From Amphiscolops sp. MND2022 (lineage: Eukaryota): a stretch of DNA of 64,000 bases. This document shows positions 27,301 through 39,300 of this stretch, piece by piece. The notes under the pieces were generated by a model. That model had not been told where the DNA came from. It ran no database searches and worked only from the letters and a program-made list of their open reading frames with translations. The position numbers were made by a program, and so were the translations under genes. The DNA lies in NCBI GenBank assembly GCA_964187785.1, contig OZ076409.1, forward strand, positions 4,404,001 to 4,468,000, written 5' to 3'. Within the stretch, counting starts at the first letter, position 1. Each line of letters starts with the position of its first letter.

Positions 27301-30300
27301 ATGGTTACGTTGCCAAGGATATACATATGAGCAGCATCCTGGGAACAGTACAACAACTCCATTTACAAACAGAGAATTGGAGTCGAGACAGTCTGGAGAA
27401 TTAACATTTTTTGGAAAAGTTGCAGCTGATGTATTTTCTTGTGATAAACATTTACTGAGTGGAGTGACTTTGCGAATTTCTTTTGTCCGTTCGAAACCAG
27501 AGTTTGTTTTGATTCATGATGACGTTGCAAAAAATTACAAAATTACCATTACCCAAGCCAATCTTTACGTCCGGAAAATGACAGTTTCTGAGCAGGTTTT
27601 TATAGCCATAGAGAAAACTCTGACAAAAACTCCAGCTCTGTATCGGTACACAGAGGTTCTACCCAAAACTTTTCTCATTCCGACAGGTAGTCGCAGTTGG
27701 AGTAAGGAAGACGTTTTCAGTCGAGAACCAATTCGACGATTCGCTTTGGCGCTCGTCAGTAATGCGTCTTTTCTTGGTTCAAAAGACACAAATCCATTTC
27801 ATTACCAAAAACATAACCTAAACGAAGTTACTGTTTACCGGAATGGATACCCTGTTGCAGGAACTCCTTTGGCAACAGATGATCTAAAACGAGTTTACAT
27901 GTCAACAATGGATGCTCTCGCCTTTGGTCATCATGGACATGGAATTCCTTTCGCCGACTATGCTAATCATTTTGTAATGGTGTTTGACCTGACTAGCACC
28001 CAACAAGCATCTCATGATTTTCTTTATCCTGAGCTCACTAACGCAGCCATTTCGCTCGAGTTGAAGTTTTCAGCAGCGCTGGCAGTGAACACTGAGGTGT
28101 TTCTGTTGGGCGAAAAAGCATCAACAATTTACATTGACTCTCATAGAAAAGTCTCCAAAAACGTCATGTTAAACCCTACCACTTGAAAAATGGATGAAGA
28201 TTACATTGCCCACCTAATAAAAAACAGCCCAAGATTGAAATACAAGTTTGGAGGAATTTATCCCGCAGACAAGTTTCCTATCCTATTACCCAACAACACT
28301 TTTGTAATTGTCAATTCAGAAAACTCAAACAGCGCTGGGAAACATTGGATTGTTTGGAGCAACGTGAAAGGTACTTTCAACTTTGCAGATCCCCTTGGAC
28401 TAGACCTATTTTTACATTATCCTAATATTGCTAAAAGAATCTCCGCGATACCAATCCAAGTTCAGCAGACATTAAAAGATGCCACAAAGACGCCGTTACA
28501 AAATCAAAATTCAAACTTGTGTGGTTTGTATTGTATTTATATTGCTCATTTTTTGTTAAGTTCGTATTATCCATTGATTTCTTACATTTCTGAAACTGAT
28601 TTGCTTCGCTTTGTAAAAACTCTCATGTAATTTAATGTTTAATTTCAAACATTTTTATTCTCAAACAATTTCATTCAGAGAAAAGGTTAGTACAGGCACA
28701 AAATTAAGCGATCCGTGACCAGTTTGAAAAATATCAGCAATGAGTAGGAAATGACCACCATACGGTCCAAGCATAACATTTTCCAAGCGTTGTATTGTTC
28801 CTTGACTCAACCCAGAGCTGACTTGCACAGCCTTGTCACATTTTTGAACAGAAAAACAGATTGATGGCAAGAGTTTCTTTGGGTTTCGATTAGGAGGGTC
28901 ACAATTGTATTGAACGGCTTGATCCAATTTTTCAAAAATTTCACCACATATTTCCTTTTCATCACTGTTTGCAATTAGTAAGGCGTAGGTTGAATATAAA
29001 CATGGTAATAAATAACTTTTGGGTTGCCCTTTATAATTTTCACCAAAACACTGGGCCAAAACATGATAGTGATTGTCTGGCAAAGCGTTACAAAGCCCAT
29101 CATGCACAGGTGAGTGTAAGCCAATGGAAATAACAACATCTAATGGGAAGTCCACGCCAGCTTTGGGTTTTTCCTTGAATAAAAAGAAGCGAAAGTTTTT
29201 TCTAAATTGCTTAAAGTAATCGGGAGAACGCTCAAACATTGCTTCCACCATACTTTCTAGGATCAATATTCTCCTTGTTTTCTCCGTCTACGTTGTCCCC
29301 GTCATCCTCCTCCGCCACAGAATCAACAAATGAGGGTTTCTTAATTTTTTTGCACTTTTTTGTAACTTTTTTGATATTCGACGGTTGTAGAACTGATTTT
29401 CCTTTCCACAGTAGAATTTCAAACTCTTCTTTTGTCAACGTGATTTTTTGAACCAGAGCAAATTCAGCGTCTGGCTTCTTTTTGAAGAGTTTTAGAAACA
29501 CGTAGGTTCCTGTATGCTCGTATGTTTTCACCGTTGCTCGCAATATTCTGTTGGATTTTTCTGATAAGTCACAGTAATAGTCTCCAAAATCCTCGTCCTT
29601 AGCAAGAGTAAAATCACCAGAGAACATTCTGAATGTTGGAAACAAAATCAAAAGTATGAAGAACCTGGTAAATATTGCAAGGTCAATGTCTGAGGTGGGC
29701 GGGCTTTTATGGTTCAAGGTTTGGCCACCCTGCTTTAATCTTTCATGTAAACAACAAACGCTTGCACCGCCGACTGATAAATCAAGATCATTACCACCCA
29801 CGTTGATCTTTCAAGTAGACAGCAAACGCCCAGGCCACGACACTGGTGTTAAAATTCAAAACATCTGAAAAATCAAAATAGACTCGATGTAATAATTCAA
29901 AACACATTGTTACCATGTGGAAATCGGACCACCGTGAGAAACAAAAAACTGTAGATTCACTAGTGTTCAAAACTCAAGCCGTTATTCGATAAATTCGCTA
30001 CCGCTCAAACAGTTGGTCTTGTCCAAGTCGACGATTCAACTATGGCTACTGTCTTTACACATTTTACAAGCAAACGCTTCATCATTTATGAAACACAATT
30101 TCAAAAAGCGCTCTCAATAATTGAACAGATGAGGTCTGACGAAAATGACCGGTGGGAAACAAAGCAACATATTCTGTTACCAAACATGGTCTATCACAAG
30201 TTGAGCAAACAACCGACTGAAAAGACGATTCTGGAAAGAAAGAGAAAGATTGACTCTGTGGACTGTGAAGCAGCGTCTAACTGGGATATAGAAAGTCTTC

Positions 30301-33300
30301 ATCGTTGTGACCTACCAATGCTACCTATACAAATCAAACGCATCCTGTGTAGAGACGACTGCGCAATGGTTCCATTAACGGAGAATCAAATGGGTTTCTT
30401 CAGGGAGGTTGATTCACTTGAAGATTTTTGGGGAGTTGAACATGATCCTGCATCTCCATCACCACAAGTCTCCCCAGAAGTTCTGGTCTGCACAACAGAA
30501 GACGAAGAGACGAAAGATGGTGATGATCTAACAGTGAGTCCTCAAATTGTGACGCCTGATAGCACTCGAACTGCAGCGTTGGAGCCACCACCAGTGAAGA
30601 AGGCAAAACAGCAGGAAAAGAAACTTTTGAAGCGATTCTAACCAATCTAACAAATACTGTCAAAAGCTTACTAACCAATCTAACCAAATACTGACAAAAG
30701 CTTACTAACCACGTCGAAATTTGAAGACATTTTATGCAGAGTTCTGTTTAAAGTAGCCTAGGAAATCGTTTTTGAGAGTTGAGTTTGCGAAAAATTTACA
30801 AGACTTTTCCACAGGAGTAAATTTCAAAAGTCGCGTAGTTTACGAGATTTTGAACATTTTTTAAACTCAATTTTTGATCATTTTTTAGTCAAAAAAAAAA
30901 CAAACATTTTTCAACATTGAAAAAAAAGTTGCGGGAAGTCCCCTATGGAAGTACACCAGGACATATGATTTCAAAGAAACAATTTTCGAAATCTCAAGCT
31001 CTCCACTACCAAAAAAGGAAATTCCATGCCACGTAGAGAAATTGCATAATTTACATGTGATACCGCCATATAGTCTGCGTAGAGGTATTTAAATTGAAGA
31101 GGAGGAAAGTAAAGATTTGAATCGAATCAAGTCAGTACTTGTGCAGGAGATTTTGAGTGTCTACTGGAGGCTTGGGTTAACCTCAACCCGATTCTTGAAG
31201 AGTAGAGCTGTAACGGTCTACCTGCTCCAAGAGAGGTTAACCAATACTAAGACCCCAGTAGACACTCGTACTGTGCAGGCTGGGTTAGGCCCGTCTTACC
31301 CAGTACATTGTGTCTACATCATGGGAGCAGTCAAATTACCAAATAGCAGGTGAGAAGACAATATGCTTTGGAACTAAAAAATAATGAACAAAAACAACAG
31401 TCGACTAAAGACAACACAATTTTCCAAACCAAAAGAACTTAACCCCTATGAAGGTACACTAAACGAAGCTATTTTGGGAGTCGAAGCTACCGAAATTACC
31501 AATATGTTGGAAATAATCGACATTTTCCCAATTGGACATAGTAGACCCCTATTATCTTACTCGAAACTAAGACATTTTTACAATTAAAGAGTCGAAAGTA
31601 ACTAAAATGCTGATCTCGACTTATTATTTTTCAAACCGACAGAACTTATCCCCTATGGAATTACACTAAAGTAAGGCATTTTGAGAGTTAAAGACATTTA
31701 AAAAGCTAAAATGCTGGACATAAACAACAATTTTTCAAACCGACAGAACTTAACCGACAGAACGTAGAGAAATTGCATAATTTACATGTGATACCGCCAT
31801 ATAGTCTGCGTAGAGGTATTTAAATTGAAGAGGAAGAAAAGTAAAGATTTGAATCGAATCAAGTCAGTACTTGTGCAGAAGATTTTGAGTGTCTACTGGA
31901 GTCTTGGGTTAACCTCAACCCGATTCTTGAAGAGTAGAGCTGTAACGGTCTACCTGCTCCAAGAGAGGTTAACCAAGACTAAGACCCCAGTAGACACTCG
32001 TACTGTGCAGGCTGGGTTAGGCCCGTCTTACCCAGTACATTGTGTCTACATTATGGGAGCAGTCAAATTACCAAATAGCAGGTGAGAAGACAATATGCTT
32101 AGGAACTAAAAAAATAATGAAAAAAAAACAACAATCGACTAAAGACACCACAATTTTCCAAACCAAAAGAACTTAACCCCTATGAAGGTACACTAAACGA
32201 AGCTATTTTGGGAGTCGAAGCTACCGAAATTACCAATATGTTGGAAATAATCGACATTTTCCCAATTGGACATAGTAGACCCCTATTATCTTACTCGAAA
32301 CTAAGACATTTTTACAATTAAAGAGTCGAAAGTAACTAAAATGCTGATCTCGACTTATTATTTTTCAAACCGACAGAACTTATCCCCTATGGAATTACAC
32401 TAAAGTAAGGCATTTTGAGAGTTAAAGACATTTAAAGAGCTAAAATGCTGGACATAAACAACAATTTTTCAAACCAACAGAACTTATCCCCTATGGAAGT
32501 ACACTAAAGTAAGCCATTTTGAGAGTTAAAGACAAATAAAACACCAAAATGCTGGACATAATCAACAATTTTTCAAACCAACAGAACTTATCCCCTATCG
32601 AAGTACACTAAAGTAAGGCATTTTGAGAGTTAAAGACATTTAAAAAGCTAAAATGCTGGATATAATCAACAATTTTTCAAAGCGACAGAACTTATCCCCT
32701 ATGGAAGTACACTAAAGTAAGCCATTTTGAGAGTTAAAGACAAATAAAACACCAAAATGCTGGACATAATCAACAATTTTTCAAACCAACAGAACTTATC
32801 CCCTATCGAAGTACACTAAAGTAAGGCATTTTGAGAGTTAAAGACATTTAAAAAGCTAAAATGCTGGATATAATCAACAATTTTTCAAAGCGACAGAACT
32901 TATCCCCTATGGAAGTACACTAAAGTAAGCCATTTTGAGAGTTAAAGACAAATAAAACAGCAAAATGCTGGACATAATCAACAATTTTTCAAACCAACAG
33001 AACTTATCCCCTATCGAAGTTCACTAAAGTAAGTCATTTTGAGAGTTAATGACATTTAAAAAGCAAAAATGCTGGATATAATCTACAATTTTTCAAACTG
33101 ACAGAACTTATCCCCCATGAAAGTACACTAAAGTAAGCCATTTTGAGAGTTAAAGACAAATAAAACACCAAAATGCTGGACATAATCAACAATTTTTCAA
33201 ACCAACAGAACTTATCCCCTATCGAAGTTCACTAAAGTAAGTCATTTTGAGAGTTAATGACATTTAAAAAGCAAAAATGCTGGATATAATCTACAATTTT

Positions 33301-36300
33301 TCAAACTGACAGAACTTATCCCCCATGAAAGTACACTAAAGTAAGCCATTTTGAGAGTTAAAGACAAATAAAACACCAAAATGCTGGACATAATCAACAA
33401 TTTTTCAAACCAACAGAACTTATCCCCTATCGAAGTTCACTAAAGTAAGTCATTTTGAGAGTTAATGACATTTAAAAAGCAAAAATGCTGGATATAATCT
33501 ACAATTTTTCAAACTGACAGAACTTATCCCCCATGAAAGTACACTAAAGTAAGCCATTTTGAGAGTTAAAGACAAATAAAACACCAAAATGCTGGACATA
33601 ATCAACAATTTTTCAAACCAACAGAACTTATCCCCTATCGAAGTACACTAAAGTAAGTCATTGAGAGTTAAAGACAAATAAAACACCAAAATGCTGGACA
33701 TCATCAACAATTTTTCAAACAGACAAAACTTATCCCCTATACCTTGCAGACCAACAAAATTTCATTGAGCTGCTTTGACGATAAACGTTATATAATGTCG
33801 AACGGCGTTGATACCTTACCTTTTGGACATTATTCTTTGCGAGACGATGTAATATTTAGAGAAATTGGGGCGGATAGCGATTGGGGGAACGAGGAGGAGG
33901 ACGACTTTATTCAGTCACCGATACAGTCAAACTCCGTCCAACCAGCTATATTTTCCCCACCCGACCCTGGACTTAATCAAGATGCAATAGAAGAAAGTGA
34001 ATTAACAGACGTTATTTACCTAACGTTTTACACAATACCCAACCAAATGTATTTTTAGACTGTGAAGCAGTGGAAGTTCCCACCCGTGGTCCCCCTCCTC
34101 AGAAAAAAGTCAAATTTTATATTGATAATGAATTACAGTAATATCATTCACTAATTTTTCTTTGTATAACGTTAACAGCATAATAAAGCTTGAATTTGTG
34201 AAATTCATTTTGTTTTCAAACAAGAGTTGAAACGAAGAATGGTGGTTTACAGTTATATTAAATTTAACTTGGGTAGGTCAGGGGTTAGCAACAACATGTA
34301 GATTCAAAACGAATTTGTTGGGAAGTTTAAGATAATTTACAGGTAGAAATAAGAACACCGCTACCACTGCATTTGGAGGAACGCATATAACTATTCCTAA
34401 TAATATTAAGCGTACATACAGATAAGAAAGTTGGAAATACCACTCCCTTTATTTACAAGAAAGTTGTACCAGTATTAGTCAATCCAGCTTTACAATTCAA
34501 TTACAACAAAATTTCAAGGTTAGTACTTTCCAAACTTTCAGACATTCAAAGAATAAACGAGAGTGTCTACGCTTTTACATGTACTTTCGCAAAAATCCAA
34601 AAACGAATACAAAAATAATCCGACCAATAATTTACTTTCGTAGTCAAAAGCCGAAGTATTTCCGAACACCAATTTGGAAGGACCCCTTCCTTTTAGGGAT
34701 AGGTCCTAAAATTTCAGAGCAAGGACCCACCCCGTGAAAACCGAGGACCCCCCCCGTTGAAAGGCCGGCGGAAATCTTAACTACTCAATTGTGCGGTAAA
34801 CAATGAGTAAACCTGGAGTGTATTGGTATTCCAGATATGATTCGATTATTGATAAAAGATTAAACCAGAAATAATAGTGTGCCCGGAGGGGCCTATTTTC
34901 TAATTACTGTAGTTTTGTCCAACTTGGATTAAAGAAACTAATATGGCGGCAAGAAGAGAGTTTCTTCTATCCATAGTTTCTTTTATCAGTTGTCCTTTCA
35001 ACGTAGAAAGTATGTCTTGCACAAAAGCGGATGAGTGAAAACGTTTCTTATATCCAAATGTTGCTTTTATCCGTGTTTGTTCCATCCGTGTTTGACTCTA
35101 TAATCCATTGAATCAAATAAAAATACTAAATGTTAATCCTGTGTGTGGGAGACTTCTGCCTAGGATCCCCTCTAGAAAGGGCTTTTTCAAAAAAGTATTC
35201 GTTTGGTCTGGGTTGCACTGAGAAATTTCTCCTCCCTGGTTAGAGATGAACCTATTCTGAACGGCACTATTATTATTCTATTGGCGTTATTAAGGCAGGA
35301 CATTAGTGGCAACTTTTTGACCCCATTAACTTGCCAAGACACAAAATTGCGGAAAGTGAGATTTCAACTTCAAAGGAAGCTAAGGCACTCGACATCAAAG
35401 GGGGATGAATTCAGTGCACGTGTCTCGGTTTCTGAGATTTCGGGTCCTCATTTCCGCAAAACGCTTGCAGATGCACTGTAATGGGGTTTTCCAAATCTGT
35501 TTCTAATGGGAAAATATATAACTGCGCTGGTTGATATCGTAATAGTTATAATGAGATCACGAACTTTTTCTCGAATTGTCTTGATTATTCTCTTTGCAGA
35601 AGTCCCCCTGTACTACGAGTGGCACGAGCAGGAGTATGTGGGTGGTGCTCACGGGTACGCGGGAATATTCTACTACCTCCTGCATCACAAGGGTCCGGTT
35701 TGCACCGAAATCGAATTTGTTGCTATATTCCTCTATTTTTTGAAGTCGAACTCAATATTTTTCAAATAGATTGTTGCTAAATTTTTCAGTTTTTTGAAAT
35801 CGAACTTGATTTTTCTTGAAATCGAACTTGTTGCTAAATTTTCTCTGTTTTCTGAAATTGAACTAAATTTTTCTTGCAATCAAACTAGATTTTTCTTGAA
35901 ATCGAACTTGTTTCTAAATTTCTTCTATTTTCTGAAATCTATCTCGTTGCGTTTTCCCGTGCAACCCTGATTCGCCCTGTTTTGTGACAAAGAGTGTCCT
36001 TCGGTGCAGAAGGTGCTGCATAAGGAGTTGAGGGAGAGTGTGGAGTGGTTTCTGGGGCTGCAGTACCCGTCTGGCAACTACCCCTCCTCCATAGGCAGTC
36101 ACAGGGACAAGCTGGTCCACTGGTGTCACGGGGCACCCGGTGCTGTCTACACCCTCATAGCCGCATACCAGGTTGCTATCTGCATTCAGTAGGAAGGGCG
36201 GAATCAGATCTAACGCTTTGTGATTGGTGGAGAACACCGCATCTGTTATTTTGAGACATTTGATTGGTTTAGATCTTGTTCAGTTAGATCTTATTCCGCT

Positions 36301-39300
36301 TTCTCTCTGCATACAGTCATCAGAGATGACCATAACGTGAAATTCTGTTAACGTCTATTGTAGAAAAATTACAGCGAAAGCAATAATGATCGTAGGGCCA
36401 TAATAATCATATAATGATTGTCTAATAGCCCTTCAAAGTTTTTCGGCACTGTGCGACTTTCCAGAAACAAAATTTATGAAAAGGTTTTGCAAATTTAGAG
36501 GAGTTTCCGGCATTTTTTTGCACAAAAAGGGTTTTTTAATGTTTCGGGTATTTTGGGGGCTGTAAATTTGATAATTTTTTTTAATAGTGTTGTTCCGCAT
36601 ATTCAAAACACTTAGTCTTTTGACCATTGAGCGCTCTACCGACTTGAGGCGTTCAGTGCCAGACAAGGTGGTCGTTTTTTCGTTTTTTATATAAAAAACG
36701 TTTTAAACGTATTTTATTTAAAACAAGACGGGAACGTCCCAAGTCGGCGCCATATTTTAGGCTCAAAAATATTCAAGGAACAACTATTGGAAAAATTTGG
36801 AAGAATTTTTTTTTCAAAAAAATTATTTTTGAAATTTTTCGATAAAAAGTATTTTTCAAGTCGCACAATGCCGAAAAACTCAAAAAGAGGCCACTCAGGC
36901 TCATTCAACGTTTTCTACAAACCGAAAACTTCAAAAAAATGCAAGGGGGTACCCTTTGATAAATTTCGAAAATTTTCGAAAAAAGTCGCATAGTGCCGAA
37001 AAAAAAACCCAATTGGGAGGGGACCCTTTGGTCTCACCTGTACTTTTGGAAGCATTAAAAAATTTATGGTTTAGTGCGAGAATCGAACCCACGCTCTCCG
37101 GCTGGGTCGAAGATGGAAGATGAACAAATATGAAAGATGAACAAATTGTAAGAAAAGTGGACCACTCAGAGTGAGATTGTCAACTGAAAAAAAAAAAAAC
37201 TACTCACTGTAAGAGTCGGGCTTTTTTCCTTAAGGGAAAAGGCGCCGACTAAAAACCATGTATTTTTTGTTTTTGGACCTTTTGGACATTATTCTTTGCG
37301 AGACGATGTAATATTTAGAGAAATTGGGGCGGATAGCGATTGGGGGAACGAGGAGGAGGACGACTTTATTCAGTCACCGATACAGTCAAACTCCGTCCAA
37401 CCAGCTATATTTTCCCCACCCGACCCTGGACTTAATCAAGATGCAATAGAAGAAAGTGAATTAACAGACGTTATTTACCTAACGTTTTACACAATACCCA
37501 ACCAAATGTATTTTTAGACTGTGAAGCAGTGGAAGTTCCCACCCGTGGTCCCCCTCCTCAGAAAAAAGTCAAATTTTATATTGATAATGAATTACAGTAA
37601 TATCATTCACTAATTTTTCTTTGTATAACGTTAACAGCATAATAAAGCTTGAATTTGTGAAATTCATTTTGTTTTCAACAGAGGTTGCAACTACCCCTCC
37701 TCCATAGGCAGTCACAGGGACAAGCTGGTCCACTGGTGTCACGGGGCACCCGGTGCTGTCTACACCCTCATAGCCGCATACCAGGTTGCTATCTGCATTC
37801 AGTAGGAAGGGCGGAATCAGATCTAACGCTTTGTGATTGGTGGAGAACACCGCATCTGTTATTTTGAGACATTTGATTGGTTTAGATCTTGTTCAGTTAG
37901 ATCTTATTCCGCTTTCTCTCTGCATACAGTCATCAGAGATGACCATAACGTGAAATTCTGTTAACGTCTATTGTAGAAAAATTACAGCGAAAGCAATAAT
38001 GATCGTAGGGCCATAATAATCATATAATGATTGTCTAATAGCCCTTCAAAGTTTTTCGGCACTGTGCGACTTTCCAGAAACAAAATTTATGAAAAGGTTT
38101 TGCAAATTTAGAGGAGTTTCCGGCATTTTTTTGCACAAAAAGGGTTTTTTAATGTTTCGGGTATTTTGGGGGCTGTAAATTTGATAATTTTTTTTAATAG
38201 TGTTGTTCCGCATATTCAAAACACTTAGTCTTTTGACCATTGAGCGCTCTACCGACTTGAGGCGTTCAGTGCCAGACAAGGTGGTCGTTTTTTCGTTTTT
38301 TATATAAAAAACGTTTTAAACGTATTTTATTTAAAACAAGACGGGAACGTCCCAAGTCGGCGCCATATTTTAGGCTCAAAAATATTCAAGGAACAACTAT
38401 TGGAAAAATTTGGAAGAATTTTTTTTTCAAAAAAATTATTTTTGAAATTTTTCGATAAAAAGTATTTTTCAAGTCGCACAATGCCGAAAAACTCAAAAAG
38501 AGGCCACTCAGGCTCATTCAACGTTTTCTACAAACCGAAAACTTCAAAAAAATGCAAGGGGGTACCCTTTGATAAATTTCGAAAATTTTCGAAAAAAGTC
38601 GCATAGTGCCGAAAAAAAAACCCAATTGGGAGGGGACCCTTTGGTCTCACCTGTACTTTTGGAAGCATTAAAAAATTTATGGTTTAGTGCGAGAATCGAA
38701 CCCACGCTCTCCGGCTGGGTCGAAGATGGAAGATGAACAAATATGAAAGATGAACAAATTGTAAGAAAAGTGGACCACTCAGAGTGAGATTGTCAACTGA
38801 AAAAAAAAAAAAACTACTCACTGTAAGAGTCGGGCTTTTTTCCTTAAGGGAAAAGGCGCCGACTAAAAACCATGTATTTTTTGTTTTTTTTCGGAAGCTG
38901 ATAAGCTTTGCAAAACATGAAATTTTATTCTCAGAAATTTAACTTGGTGAACAGTTGATGAAATAGTGATGACAGTGATAAAACACAAAGGATTTCAAAA
39001 CATAACATAAAGATTGACAACAAAAAGCAACAAAAGACCTGCAACAAATATCGTAAAAGAATAACGATTGCAATAGTACAATAGCAAAATAAAATTGGAA
39101 CGCAAATGAATGCTAGTTTTCAGATTAGCGTTTCATTTGCTGAGTTGTCTATAAAGGAAAGACTTTCGTCCGGCCTTTTCATTATCCAATTTTGTGCGGA
39201 GTTTCCCGTACGTAAAACCCAAAGTGGAGAAATGTCGTTCCAAACTGGCAGAAGCGCTACAGTTGCCCACAAGTCCAATAGCAAAATCGCACGAACTTTC

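Larger units (their letters stand above)
20682..34785 (+). mobile_element. Polinton/Maverick (adintovirus-like) endogenous element, 14104 bp, PolB-deleted
   Basis: Long TIRs with AGTAG...CTACT termini and a 6-bp TSD CAATTG (20676-20681, 34786-34791). Encodes ATPase, rve integrase, penton, major capsid and protease. Lies in LanCL intron 3. Confidence 0.97.

Noticed and set aside
31117..32085. Duplicated 78-86 aa ORFs in the Polinton
   Set aside because: TTG starts and an indel between the copies; the sequence is better explained by hairpin structure.
32360..33740. CRISPR-like array
   Set aside because: Whole 104-bp units repeat with no unique spacers, there are no cas genes, and the context is eukaryotic.
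33744..34058. Independent 104-aa gene
   Set aside because: No ATG; it is the truncated PolB C-terminus.
35700..35940. GAAATCGAACT degenerate repeats as a functional array
   Set aside because: Irregular intronic minisatellite with no further structure.
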